From contig CAXMSN010000001.1 of NCBI GenBank assembly GCA_964196275.1, forward strand, positions 12,769 to 76,768: DNA of 64,000 nucleotides. The letters run 5' to 3'. This document shows, in pieces, positions 10,401-19,272 of this stretch (position 1 is its first letter; every line of letters begins with the position of its first letter). The notes below the pieces were generated by a model. The model ran no database searches, was not told the DNA's origin, and saw only the letters and a list, made by a program, of their open reading frames with translations. The position numbers were made by a program, and so were the translations under genes. The DNA comes from an uncultured Kiloniellales bacterium. GTDB taxonomy: Bacteria; Actinomycetota; Acidimicrobiia; Spongiisociales; UBA5794.

Positions 10401-10885
10401 CAGCGCTTGATGAGCAGATGGTGACGTTGTTCGAGGAGGCGTTCGCCGAGATAGCAGGCTTCTATGAGGAGAACTTTGCGCTTGTGTTCCCTGGTGGGTC
10501 CGGAAGGTTACGAATGACAGAGTCAGACGACCCGCTCAATGCCGGTGTCCTCGTGGAGGCACAGCCGGCAGGAAAGAAGGTTGGGCGGCTTTCGCTCTTG
10601 TCGGGTGGCGAGCGTTCTCTTGCTGCACTTGCCTTCCTGTTCGCAGTGTTCCGGGCAAGACCGAGCCCGTTCTACGTGCTCGACGAGGTGGAGGCCGCGC
10701 TCGACGATGCCAACCTGCATCGATTCCTGAAACTCGTCGACACCCTGCGACGCGACGTGCAGCTGGTGATCATCACCCATCAGCAGCAGACCATGCACGC
10801 AGCAGACGTGCTGTACGGAGTAACGATGGAACCCGGGGCGTCGTCCCAGGTGATCTCCAAGCGTATGACTTCCGTTACCGTCTGA
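7445..10885 (+). CDS. smc: Chromosome partition protein Smc
   Basis: 1146 aa. N-terminal Walker A motif (GPNGSGKSNI), long coiled coils, a hinge, and a C-terminal signature LSGGERSLAALAFLFA plus Walker B motif (YVLDEVEAALD). Confidence 0.95.
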   Translation: MKLKHLTLRGFKSFADRTRLDFSTGVNVVVGPNGSGKSNILDAIAWVMGTQGTKSLRTEKMEDVVFAGTESRPPLPRAEVALSFANDDQLMPLGLAEITITRRLFRDGTSEYELNGAPCRLLDIQELLSDGGIGRQQHVLVNQGQVGDILNARPEDHRGVIEEAAGVTKHRSRRDRAMRRLERTDHDVERLNDILGEKRKAMRPLKRQANAAGRHDSVRDEALAIRLWLGGEDLRSIRNRLNEAETERSEGANVRDTTDKELTDLLGSLEDLRSAAGVVGSQLSRDTAAAARLETVTERLRRISLVSRERRRSIASRAEGADERREDLEIEQRDLTDVVASTEAAESAASEEADRTDVALKALEDEERSLSEQIKLPTEGVVANLRGDLRALENASQRDVSETEHIRARFDVVAARRTEENEETDRLNSEIETTDAAVTELQDVYTTRKQARESAQVVWERDESDVAEARLKAAGAEARVEALETAVAGLIDERARDLASGADGVLGSLVARLDVPVEVADAVDAALGEWRGAFVAQDQSAVRSVVEVLKGAGSGGVSVVSSSPVPVDQTRAIAARFGVDAMVDVLGPKADESVASMFLGDVVVVQGWMAGWSLVSEEPWVRAVTPEGDLITQRGMFVAQPDGAGPAALEAARVGLEAAQHQLTETETGLHKSRLAFDGTREGERSALESLEALEATLAGLTEALGLVGRAHVASRDEAARLSNRLEALEEARTSRDERITSLRDRVAEFQGEEAVRQQAWDALNDRRAEVAQLRDGARKRREAATAELASIVERRRISERRLAVISSEVAQLQFLPGQDEAVAALEQIEARSDRVTLVVASHIEALRIRQRELRESVGTANSELTDAEERREVLDTQRRTSADAVNALDIEIAELRVRDESVAEGLRRDADSDEATALGAEMPELASGINMKERLASLEADLRRMGPINPLAASEYAELSGEVDELEAQLNDLSDSRAELKKVVAALDEQMVTLFEEAFAEIAGFYEENFALVFPGGSGRLRMTESDDPLNAGVLVEAQPAGKKVGRLSLLSGGERSLAALAFLFAVFRARPSPFYVLDEVEAALDDANLHRFLKLVDTLRRDVQLVIITHQQQTMHAADVLYGVTMEPGASSQVISKRMTSVTV

Positions 10886-10971
10886 GCCTCTGAGCGAACG
10901 AGCCGTGTTGTGCAGGTGACCGATAGCGCGGTTACGCACGACACGGCGCCACTATCGACAAGGAAAGCTCT

Positions 10972-11982
10972 GTGGATCCGCTGATCATCCTCATCGCACT
11001 GGTCGTGATCATCGCCGCCGTAGCCGTGTTCTGGTTGGCGAGGTCGGGTTCTGACGATGAGCAGGTTGCAACATCCGAGACCAGAGCGAAGCAGGACAAG
11101 GGAGGGCTCCGGAGTCGGCTTGCAAAGACAAGATCGGTTCTTGGAGGGTCGATCACATCACTCTTCAGCTCGGCAGGCGCCGACGAAGCGGCGTGGGAAG
11201 ACCTCGAAGACGCCTTGATCCTCGCCGATGTCGGCCCTGACACAGCATCGACCGTGGTGCACGAAGTGCGTCGGCGTTCTCCTCAGAATTCCGACGAGGC
11301 AACGACGATACTGGCCGAGATCTTGTCCGGTCTCCTCGCCGGACGGGACCGGTCTCTCGACCTTTCTGCCACTCCTTCTGTTGTCGTGGTTGTCGGGGTC
11401 AACGGAACGGGGAAGACGACGTCGATCGCAAAGCTGGCAAACACGCTTGTCGCCGATGGTCGAACCGTTGTCCTGGGGGCGGGGGACACCTATCGGGCGG
11501 CGGCAGACCATCAGCTCCAAGAGTGGGGAACCAGGGTCGGCGTCGAGGTGATCACCGGTGAGGCTGGATCCGATCCGGCAAGCGTCGCGTTCGCCGCAGT
11601 CGACCACGCCAAGTCCAACGAGGTCGACGTGGTCATCGTGGACACCGCTGGCAGGTTGCACTCGCAGACGAACCTGATGGATGAGCTGACCAAGGTCACG
11701 AAAATCGTCGCACGCGAGGCGGGATCAGTATCTGAGGTCCTGCTCGTGCTCGATGGAACAACAGGACAGAACGGCATCGCACAAGCTCGGGCCTTTGCCG
11801 AAGCGGTCGGAGTCACCGGCATTGTCCTCACGAAGCTCGACGGTACCGCGAAGGGCGGTATCGCGATCGCAGTCGAGCGCGAGCTTGATATCCCCATCAA
11901 GTACATTGGGGTGGGCGAAGGCATGGACGACCTGATGCCGTTTGTGCCAGATGACTTTGTGGAGGCGCTGATCACATCATGA
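10972..11982 (+). CDS. ftsY: Signal recognition particle receptor FtsY
   Basis: N-terminal TM segment, then an SRP-GTPase NG domain with GVNGTGKTTS, DTAGR and TKLDG motifs. GTG start preceded by an AGGAAAG RBS. Confidence 0.9.
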   Translation: MDPLIILIALVVIIAAVAVFWLARSGSDDEQVATSETRAKQDKGGLRSRLAKTRSVLGGSITSLFSSAGADEAAWEDLEDALILADVGPDTASTVVHEVRRRSPQNSDEATTILAEILSGLLAGRDRSLDLSATPSVVVVVGVNGTGKTTSIAKLANTLVADGRTVVLGAGDTYRAAADHQLQEWGTRVGVEVITGEAGSDPASVAFAAVDHAKSNEVDVVIVDTAGRLHSQTNLMDELTKVTKIVAREAGSVSEVLLVLDGTTGQNGIAQARAFAEAVGVTGIVLTKLDGTAKGGIAIAVERELDIPIKYIGVGEGMDDLMPFVPDDFVEALITS

Positions 11983-12368
11983 CGCATGAAGAACTTCTCG
12001 AAGCCGCGGCTGAAGCTGCGACAAGATCGTATTCACCTTATTCGTCGTTCCGTGTTGGAGCGGCAGTACTCGCAGCCGACGGGACCGTGTACACCGGGGC
12101 GAACGTCGAGAACGCCGCATACGGTTCTGCCGTCTGTGCAGAGGCCTCCGCGATCAGCGCCGCCGTGAATGCCGGCGTACGCAAGATCGAAACGGTTGCT
12201 GCGGTCTGCCTTGATGGCGAATTCTGTAGCCCGTGTGGCAACTGCCGCCAGATCATGCAGGAATTCTTCGTGGAGACGGTGATCATGCACGGGCCGGATG
12301 GCACGCCCAATGCTCTGCCACTGTCGGAACTGCTGCCCCTGTCGTTCGGTCCCGAGGCCCTCGGCTAG
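11979..12368 (+). CDS. cdd: Cytidine deaminase
   Basis: Contains the zinc ligand motifs CAEASAI and SPCGNCRQ. ATGA overlap with ftsY. Confidence 0.85.
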   Translation: MTHEELLEAAAEAATRSYSPYSSFRVGAAVLAADGTVYTGANVENAAYGSAVCAEASAISAAVNAGVRKIETVAAVCLDGEFCSPCGNCRQIMQEFFVETVIMHGPDGTPNALPLSELLPLSFGPEALG

Positions 12369-12387
12369 ACGGCTCGAACGAAGCAGG

Positions 12388-12473
12388 TATTACGTACCAC
12401 GTAGTACGTACAACTCCGGCGTCGTACTACGTAATCCGTACGACGCCCCACAGCCGGCTATCTCCCCTGCTAC
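12388..12473 (+). repeat. Composite TACGTA-hairpin plus pyrimidine-rich TCTCCCCTGC element, copy 1
   Basis: AT-rich island ATTACGTACCACGTAGTACGTAC...CGTACTACGTAAT. A 10-bp inverted repeat (ACGTAGTACG/CGTACTACGT) forms the stem. It is followed by CCGTACGAC...TCTCCCCTGCTAC. It lies between convergent cdd and etfA. Related copies are at ~23556, ~40888 and ~50115. Confidence 0.6.
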
Positions 12474-13414
12474 GAGCGCGCTTTGAGCGCCTCGATCAGC
12501 TGGGGCACCACCTTGTGGACGTCGCCAACGACGCCTAGGTCAGCGAGACCGAAGATCGGAGCGTCCGGATCCTTGTTGATCGCGATGATGGTCGCGGAAC
12601 CCTTCATGCCGACCAGATGCTGCATGGCTCCCGAGATCCCACATGCGATGTATACAGATGGCTTGACGGTCTTGCCCGTCTGCCCGACCTGGTAGCTGTA
12701 GGGAACCCAGCCAGCGTCTACGACCGCCCTCGTGCCACCAACGGCTCCACCGAGGAGGCCAGCAAGTTCGTGCATCATGTCGAACTTGTCACCGCTCCCG
12801 AGCCCTCGCCCGCCAGACACGACGACGGCTGCAACCTCGAGGTTGGGGCCTTCTGACGCCTCGACATGACGTTCGGTCACCGTTGCCCCACCGGATCGAC
12901 CGGTATCAGGCATCTCCACGGTGTGCACGGTGGGAGTGACGCCGCCTGTCGGTTCCGCTGTGAAGGCCTTTGGCCGCGTGACGATGATCGCGGGACTCTT
13001 GGCTGTGAACTCGGTCGAGATTCCCAGCGTGCCACCAAGGATCTCTGAGAAGACCGTGATGGTGTCGGTTCCGTCGAAGTCGAGGGCATTGGAAATGACT
13101 GGTCTACCCATCCGCGCGGCGAGTCTGCCCGCGATGTCCCTGTCCATGTTCCCTGCACCGAACAACACGATGTCAGCTGACTCCACCAGCGTGGCCATGG
13201 CCGCTGACGCCGGCGCGGAGGCGAGCGTGTCTCCGGCATCGAAGTGGTAGACATCCGAGGCCCCGTGGTCGCCGAGCGCAGCGAAGCTGGCATCGGAGCC
13301 TGCGCCGAGATAGAACACGTGCACATCGCCGTGAGTCTGCGCCTTGCTGATGAGTTCAAGGGAACCTGTCGACGGTACGCCTTCGTCTTCTTCTGCGAAA
13401 ACCCAAATATTCAT
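12470..13414 (-). CDS. etfA: Electron transfer flavoprotein alpha subunit
   Basis: 314 aa. Carries the ETF-alpha FAD-binding C-terminal region ([13 protein letters not shown]...IIAINKD). Confidence 0.85.
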   Translation of the reverse strand: MNIWVFAEEDEGVPSTGSLELISKAQTHGDVHVFYLGAGSDASFAALGDHGASDVYHFDAGDTLASAPASAAMATLVESADIVLFGAGNMDRDIAGRLAARMGRPVISNALDFDGTDTITVFSEILGGTLGISTEFTAKSPAIIVTRPKAFTAEPTGGVTPTVHTVEMPDTGRSGGATVTERHVEASEGPNLEVAAVVVSGGRGLGSGDKFDMMHELAGLLGGAVGGTRAVVDAGWVPYSYQVGQTGKTVKPSVYIACGISGAMQHLVGMKGSATIIAINKDPDAPIFGLADLGVVGDVHKVVPQLIEALKARS

Positions 13415-14170
13415 TCAGATCACCTTGGCCTGTTCGAGCGTCTCAACGATCTTGATATACGCGTCACCGTCGTCCTCGACGATCTCGCCTGCGGCTCGAG
13501 CCTCGACGGGTTCGACACTTCGGATCATCTGGCCCGTTTCTGACTCAATGCCGAGATCGGCGGCAGTGAGTGTGCTGACGGGCTTCGACTTCGCCTGCAT
13601 GATTCCCTTGAAGGTCGGGTATCTCGGCTCGACCCCCGCGGTAACCGTTACGAGCGCCGGTGCCGGCGCCGTCACGACATCGTATCCGCCGGCAGTCTGG
13701 CGCTCGATGGTGATGGCGCCATCGGCCGCCTCGACCTTCCGTGCGAACGAAAGGCACGGTACGTCGAGAAGTTCGGACATCATCTGTGGCATGACGCCGC
13801 TGTACCCGTCGGTCGACTCGGTGCCAGTGACAACAAGGTCGAACCCCTCCTGAGTCATAGCCGCAGAGAGCACGCGTGCAGTAGTGAGAGCGTCGGAACC
13901 CCTGAGGGCTTCGTCGTCGATCACGACTGCACGGTCCGCGCCCATAGCAAGAGCCGTGCGAAGACCCTGCTGTCCTCCTGTTGGTCCCATGCTGTAGACC
14001 GTGACGGTCCCCTCGGTCGCCTCGGCGAGTTGTAGCGCGATCTCGACGCCCGATTTGTCTGTGTCGTCGAGTACCTGGTCGTCCGGCCGGACGACCCAGT
14101 GGTTCTCATCATCGAGTTCGTACGGTGACGCTGGGTCAGGAATCTGCTTCACGCAGACCGCGATGTTCAT
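13415..14170 (-). CDS. etfB: Electron transfer flavoprotein beta subunit
   Basis: 251 aa. Begins MNIAVCVKQIPD with a typical ETF-beta N-terminus. Sits directly upstream of etfA on the same strand. Confidence 0.85.
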   Translation of the reverse strand: MNIAVCVKQIPDPASPYELDDENHWVVRPDDQVLDDTDKSGVEIALQLAEATEGTVTVYSMGPTGGQQGLRTALAMGADRAVVIDDEALRGSDALTTARVLSAAMTQEGFDLVVTGTESTDGYSGVMPQMMSELLDVPCLSFARKVEAADGAITIERQTAGGYDVVTAPAPALVTVTAGVEPRYPTFKGIMQAKSKPVSTLTAADLGIESETGQMIRSVEPVEARAAGEIVEDDGDAYIKIVETLEQAKVI

Positions 14171-14238
14171 GGCGTTCCGCTCCTTCTTGTGGCTGTTCGC
14201 ATGTTACGAACGGCTGCGCGCTTTAGGTAAACCCGCGT

Positions 14239-15069
14239 TCACACGCCCCCAACCAGCGTGGGGAGGAAACGATCAACCACATTCGTGAACGTCTGTCTGG
14301 CGATGCCAGCGGTTTCGGTGACCTCTTCGTGGGACAGCGGTGTGGGGGAGATGCCCGCCGCCAGGTTCGTCACAAGTGATATGCCGACGACCTCTGCACC
14401 CATGTGCCGTATCGCGATCGCTTCTGGTGCGGTCGACATCCCCACCAGGTCCGCGCCCATCCGCTTGGCCATCTGGACCTCGGCCGGTGTCTCGTAGGTT
14501 GGTCCGAGGAACCAGGCGTAGACGCCCTCATGTGGCGTGATGCCAGCTTCGGTGAAGGTTTCTGCGAGCGCTGCTCGCAACGTCGGGCTGTAGACATTCG
14601 TCATGTCTGGAAAGCGTGGTCCGAGCCTGTCGTCGTTGGGCCCGGTCAGCGGATTCCGTCCGGTCAGATTGAGGTGGTCCGAGATGATGACCAGATCTCC
14701 TGGGATCAGGTTCTCGTTCACGCCACCGGCGGCGTTCGTCAGCAGAACGCGAGTCGCGCCGGAAGCAACCGCCGTACGGACACCGAAGACGACGTCATCC
14801 ATCTCCCATCCCTCGTACGTGTGGACTCTCCCGGAGAAGAGCAGCACTCTTCCGTCGCCGACCGGGGCTGAGTACAGGCTGCCGGAGTGACCCGCAACTT
14901 GGGGTTGCGGGAAGCCGGGGATGTCCGCGTACGGGATCTCGATGGCGCCGTCGATGCTGGCCGCGTAACTGCCGAGCCCAGAGCCGAGCACGACAGCAGC
15001 CTCGTGCGACTCGTGGCCGGTACGTGCCTTGATGGCGGTCGCTGCTGCCATAAGCGTGTGGTAGTTCAT
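14239..15069 (-). CDS. punA: Purine nucleoside phosphorylase (PNP/MTAP family)
   Basis: Starts at the internal Met (MNYHTLMAAATAIKARTGHESHEAAVVLGSGLG), whose ATG overlaps the deoA stop as ATGA. Trimeric PNP family. Confidence 0.8.
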   Translation of the reverse strand: MNYHTLMAAATAIKARTGHESHEAAVVLGSGLGSYAASIDGAIEIPYADIPGFPQPQVAGHSGSLYSAPVGDGRVLLFSGRVHTYEGWEMDDVVFGVRTAVASGATRVLLTNAAGGVNENLIPGDLVIISDHLNLTGRNPLTGPNDDRLGPRFPDMTNVYSPTLRAALAETFTEAGITPHEGVYAWFLGPTYETPAEVQMAKRMGADLVGMSTAPEAIAIRHMGAEVVGISLVTNLAAGISPTPLSHEEVTETAGIARQTFTNVVDRFLPTLVGGV

Positions 15070-16373
15070 CTCACATCTCCCAGTATCAGACGGGGTGCGG
15101 CGATCGGGACATCCGACACTCCCCACGTGTGGTCGAGCACGCTCAGCGCGCTCTGGAGCCTCGATTCCTCGCGGTACCAGATCTCGGCGAGCGGTTGGCC
15201 CTCTTCGACCGTGTCACCGACCTTCGCCAGAACCATGATGCCAACAGCGGGATCAACGATGTCTTCCTTCTTCGCTCTTCCCGCGCCGAGCCGAACAGCG
15301 GCGATCCCAATGTCGTATGCGTTGCACCTCGACAGATGGCCTGGATTCCGGGCCTGGATCACGTGCACGTTGCCGACCGATGGAAGCTTCGATGGATCCT
15401 CGATCGCTGCCACGTCGCCTCCTTGACGCTCGACCAATTGCAGGAAGCTGTCGTAGGCATCACCGGATGTGATCGCACGTTCGATGTTCGCCTCGGCTGA
15501 GGAACGGTCCACTGCTCCGGCAAGAAGCAGCATCTCTGTGGCGAACAGCTTGGTGATCCGGACGATGTCATCCGGACCGCCGCCCTTGAGGACATCGATC
15601 GACTCTGCGATCTCGTTGGCATTGCCGACGGCGACTCCGAGCGGTTGGTCCATGTTCGTGAGGACCGCCGTGACGGGAGTGTCGTGAGCGGCTCCGATGG
15701 CGACCATCATGGATGCGAGCGTCGTGGCGTCCGGCAGGTTCTTCATGAACGCACCATTGCCGACCTTGACGTCCAGGAGGAGTCCGTCGAGATCCTCAGC
15801 GAGTTTCTTCGACATGATCGAAGATGAGATGAGGGGCACGGATGGAACGGTCCCTGTTGCATCGCGCAGGGCGTAGATTCGTCGGTCGGCGGGCACGAGT
15901 GTCTCGGTCTGCCCCGCCATCACGACTCCGACGTCGTTGAGTTGATCCTCGAAGTCGCTTGGTGCGATCTGGGTGGTGAAGCCCGGTATCGATTCGAGCT
16001 TGTCGAGTGTCCCGCCGGTGTGTCCCAGCCCACGTCCGGAGATCATCGGGACGGCAACACCGCATGCGGCCATGATGGGAACCAGAGGAATCGAGATCTT
16101 GTCTCCGACTCCGCCGGTCGAGTGCTTGTCGACCTTGGGCTTCTGCACACCCGAGAGATCGAGGACCTCGCCGGAATGAAGCATCGCCTCGGTCCAGGGA
16201 GCGAGTTCCTCAGGCGTCATGCCCTTGAAGATGATGGCCATCAGCAGGGCCGACAGTTGATAGTCAGGAATGCGGTCTGCTGTGAACTCACTGATGATCC
16301 ACCGCAGCGCGTCATCGTCGAGCGCCTCACCGTCGCGCTTGGCTCGAATCAGTTCGACCATGGAGAACGTCAT
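15066..16373 (-). CDS. deoA: Thymidine/pyrimidine-nucleoside phosphorylase
   Basis: 435 aa. N-terminus MTFSMVELIRAKRDG...LSALLMAI plus the phosphate-binding HSTGGVGDK motif of the thymidine phosphorylase family. Confidence 0.85.
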   Translation of the reverse strand: MTFSMVELIRAKRDGEALDDDALRWIISEFTADRIPDYQLSALLMAIIFKGMTPEELAPWTEAMLHSGEVLDLSGVQKPKVDKHSTGGVGDKISIPLVPIMAACGVAVPMISGRGLGHTGGTLDKLESIPGFTTQIAPSDFEDQLNDVGVVMAGQTETLVPADRRIYALRDATGTVPSVPLISSSIMSKKLAEDLDGLLLDVKVGNGAFMKNLPDATTLASMMVAIGAAHDTPVTAVLTNMDQPLGVAVGNANEIAESIDVLKGGGPDDIVRITKLFATEMLLLAGAVDRSSAEANIERAITSGDAYDSFLQLVERQGGDVAAIEDPSKLPSVGNVHVIQARNPGHLSRCNAYDIGIAAVRLGAGRAKKEDIVDPAVGIMVLAKVGDTVEEGQPLAEIWYREESRLQSALSVLDHTWGVSDVPIAAPRLILGDVR

Positions 16374-16660
16374 GACGATCCTTTCATCCGCACTCTGCCC
16401 TTGACAATGGACACACCCTCAGCGCGGAGACGCTGGGCGTGCTCTCTCTCGCTGCCAGGGACGAGTCGTCCCGATACAGCGATAACTCTCCACCACGGTA
16501 ATCCGGGTGTGGTGCGAAGGAGATTGCCAACCGCCCTGGCTGCTCCCGGATACCCAGCCTCAGCCGCGACCTCTCCGTAGGTGCTGATCTCGCCTGACGG
16601 CACCGCTTCGATCACCGAGATCACCGCCTCCGTGAAGGCATCGTCCGGCGGGGAGGTCAC
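16370..16660 (-). CDS. atl: Alkyltransferase-like protein (Atl), MGMT-family DNA-binding domain with active-site Cys replaced by Trp
   Basis: 96 aa. Contains an HTH (EISTYGEVAAEAGYP), an Asn hinge (RAVGNLL) and PWWRV in place of the PCHRV active site. ATGA overlaps on both sides place it inside the upp-deoA-punA operon. Confidence 0.7.
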   Translation of the reverse strand: MTSPPDDAFTEAVISVIEAVPSGEISTYGEVAAEAGYPGAARAVGNLLRTTPGLPWWRVIAVSGRLVPGSEREHAQRLRAEGVSIVKGRVRMKGSS

Positions 16661-17274
16661 AGTGTCCCGAACAGCCTGTCGCCCATGTCACCAAGACCAG
16701 GGACTATGTAATAGTCGTCGTTGAGTTCGCGATCGTGCGCCGCTGCAACGATGTGTACGTCGGGATGATCCTCGTCCATCCGCCGTACGCCCTCAGGTGC
16801 GGTGACGACGCACAGAGCCGTGATATCGGTTGCTCCCGAGGACTTGACCTTGTCCGCAGCCCAGCTCAGCGAGCCACCTGTCGCAAGCATTGGCTCGCAT
16901 ATCAGGACCGACGCGTCCGTCAGGTTCGGGAGCTTGGAGTAGTACTCAAGAGGAAGGGCCGTGGCTTCGTCACGTTGGACGCCTGCGAACCCAACCTTGA
17001 CACCAGGGATCATCTCGAGAACCGCCGACAACATGCCAAGCCCCGCACGCAGTACGGGAACGGCGACGATGTTCTCTACGGCGTATCCCGTTGTGATTTC
17101 CATGGGCGTCTCAACGTCGAATTGGGTCAGGGGCACCCGCTTCGTTGCTTCGAGTACGAGCGAATACGTAAGCCCCTTGGCAGCTTCCCTGAAGGTCGGC
17201 GGAGAGGTGTCCTTGTCCCGGAGGACGGTCAGATAGTGGCGTGCGAGTGGGTGATCGATAACAGTGAGGTTCAT
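16657..17274 (-). CDS. upp: Uracil phosphoribosyltransferase
   Basis: Starts at the internal Met MNLTVIDHPLARHYLTVLRDKDT. UPRT family. Contains the PRPP-binding motif VLICEPMLATGGS. Confidence 0.85.
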   Translation of the reverse strand: MNLTVIDHPLARHYLTVLRDKDTSPPTFREAAKGLTYSLVLEATKRVPLTQFDVETPMEITTGYAVENIVAVPVLRAGLGMLSAVLEMIPGVKVGFAGVQRDEATALPLEYYSKLPNLTDASVLICEPMLATGGSLSWAADKVKSSGATDITALCVVTAPEGVRRMDEDHPDVHIVAAAHDRELNDDYYIVPGLGDMGDRLFGTL

Positions 17275-17326
17275 GGGTCGGCAGCTTAGCGCTGCCTCCA
17301 GACTCGCTCGGCTCCGCCTTCGCTGA

Positions 17327-17433
17327 CAGACCGCAGACCACAGGCGGCAGTCCCGCTCGCCGCACTCGCTGACAGGTCGGAAGCGGAGTTCTTGGTTGGC
17401 TGTTGTCTGTCGCCTGTGTTCTTCTGTCCGCCG
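17327..17433 (+). repeat. Heptad-type repeat motifs upstream of ffh (AGACCGC-AGACCAC and CTGTTGTCTGT-containing block)
   Basis: AGACCGCAGACCACAGG lies at 17327-17343 and TTGGTTGGCTGTTGTCTGTCGCCTGTGTTCTTCTGTCCGCCG at 17392-17433. They resemble the arrays at 641-696 and 20161-20194. They lie in the 174-nt upp/ffh divergent intergenic region, 15-55 nt before the ffh ATG. Confidence 0.4.
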
Positions 17434-17447
17434 TACACTCCGGATCC

Positions 17448-18791
17448 ATGTTCGATGCACTCTCATCCCGGCTCAATGGCGTATTTGGCGGCCTTCGTAG
17501 CAAGGGCAGGCTCAGCGAAGACGACGTGAACGCTACGCTGCGCGAGGTGCGATTGGCGCTCCTCGAGGCCGACGTGAACCTGAACGTCACGAAGGCGTTC
17601 ATCGAGAGGGTTCGGGTTCGGGCGATAGGCTCGGAGGTAACGAAGAGCCTCACGCCCGGCCAGCAGGTCATCAAGATCGTGCACGAGGAACTCGTGGTCA
17701 CGCTCGGAGATGCAGCGGCACCTTTGGTAAGACCGGCAGCCCCGCCGCTTGTCATCCTCATGGTGGGGCTTCAGGGGTCAGGTAAGACCACCACCGCGGC
17801 GAAGCTCGCACAGCACCTCAAGAGCAAGGGAAAGCGTCCCATGCTTATCGCTGCCGACCTTCAGCGCCCTGCTGCCATCGACCAACTCGAACAGCTGGGA
17901 CGGCAGATCGGTGTGCCCGTGTACGCCGAACGGGGCGGAAAGGCACCGAAGGTCGTCAAGGCTGGGATGAAAGCTGCGAGAGAAGAGAGTGCGAACGCGA
18001 TCATCGTGGACACCGCTGGCCGTCTCCAGATCGATACCGATCTCATGAAGGAGCTCGCGGCGATCGAGAAGGTTGCCGATCCCGATGAGACGCTGCTTGT
18101 CGTGGACGCTATGACCGGGCAGGAAGCGGTCAACGTTGCGCTGGGTTTTAAGAAGCACACGGATATCTCCGGTCTCGTGCTCACGAAGATCGACGGCGAT
18201 GCTCGTGGTGGCGCTGCAATCTCCGTCCGAGAGGTGACGGGCGTCCCGGTCAAATTCGTCGGAACGGGAGAATCCATCGACGGGCTGGATGTCTTTCATC
18301 CCGACCGTATGGCATCTCGAATCCTCGGGATGGGCGACGTGCTCACTCTCATCGAGAAGGCAGAGGCCAACTACGACGAGGAAGAGGCGGAACTGGCCGC
18401 AAAGAAGATGTTGGACGCGACGTTCGACCTCGAAGACTTCCTCGAGCAGTTCCAACAGATCAAGAGGATGGGGCCTTTGCAGCAACTCGTCGGTATGCTC
18501 CCGGGTGCAGGTTCGGCTTTAGGCGACATCCAGGTGGACGAGAAACAACTCGGCCGCGTGGAGGCGATTATCCGTTCGATGACTCCTCGGGAACGTCGAA
18601 ACCCCAAGATGATCACCGGTAGTCGTAAGCGTCGTATCGCTGCCGGGTCGGGAACCCGGCCGCAGGACGTCAATGGCGTTCTCAAACAGTTCTCGCAAGC
18701 GCAAAAGATGATGAAGGCAATGGCCGGTGGCAAGAGTCCCATCCCTGGGCTCCAGATGCCGGGCATGCCACGCACGACGAAGAAGAGGTAA
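17448..18791 (+). CDS. ffh: Signal recognition particle protein Ffh
   Basis: Starts MFDALSSRLNGVFGGL. NG domain with GLQGSGKTTT, DTAGR and TKIDGD motifs. Met-rich M domain at the C-terminus. Confidence 0.9.
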   Translation: MFDALSSRLNGVFGGLRSKGRLSEDDVNATLREVRLALLEADVNLNVTKAFIERVRVRAIGSEVTKSLTPGQQVIKIVHEELVVTLGDAAAPLVRPAAPPLVILMVGLQGSGKTTTAAKLAQHLKSKGKRPMLIAADLQRPAAIDQLEQLGRQIGVPVYAERGGKAPKVVKAGMKAAREESANAIIVDTAGRLQIDTDLMKELAAIEKVADPDETLLVVDAMTGQEAVNVALGFKKHTDISGLVLTKIDGDARGGAAISVREVTGVPVKFVGTGESIDGLDVFHPDRMASRILGMGDVLTLIEKAEANYDEEEAELAAKKMLDATFDLEDFLEQFQQIKRMGPLQQLVGMLPGAGSALGDIQVDEKQLGRVEAIIRSMTPRERRNPKMITGSRKRRIAAGSGTRPQDVNGVLKQFSQAQKMMKAMAGGKSPIPGLQMPGMPRTTKKR

Positions 18792-18798
18792 ACCAGAG

Positions 18799-19272
18799 AT
18801 GGCAACCAAAATCCGCCTGACGCGGCTTGGTAAGAAGAAACAGCCGACGTACCGCGTCGTCGTGATGGACTCCCGCAAGCCCCGTGATGGAAAATACATC
18901 GAGCAACTCGGGATCTACGATCCCCGCCAGCAGCCGTCGCTCATCAAGATCGACAACGAGCGGGCGCTCCATTGGCTTCGCACCGGTGCACAGCCGACAG
19001 AGCGGGCGCAGAAGCTCCTCGAGATTTCAGGAGCCTGGACCCAGTTCAAGGTGGCTAAGGGCGACATCCATACCGTGGCGGACACTCCTGCTGTGGTTGA
19101 GGAAGTTGTAGCTGAGGCGGTCGCTGTTGAGGCCGTTGCGGTTGAAGCAGACGACGGAGCAGAGGATGTCGGAAGTCCGAAGTCCGAGGTCCGAGCAGAA
19201 GAAGAGACAGAAGTAGCAGAAGCAGATCAGCAAGAAGAAGTAACCGCTGACGAGAGTTCGGAAGAAGCATGA
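18799..19272 (+). CDS. rpsP: 30S ribosomal protein S16 with acidic C-terminal extension
   Basis: Starts MATKIRLTRLGKKKQPTYRVVVMDSR. The C-terminal ~60 aa are E/A/V-rich (AVAVEAVAVEADDGAEDV...EETEVAEADQQEE). Confidence 0.9.
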   Translation: MATKIRLTRLGKKKQPTYRVVVMDSRKPRDGKYIEQLGIYDPRQQPSLIKIDNERALHWLRTGAQPTERAQKLLEISGAWTQFKVAKGDIHTVADTPAVVEEVVAEAVAVEAVAVEADDGAEDVGSPKSEVRAEEETEVAEADQQEEVTADESSEEA

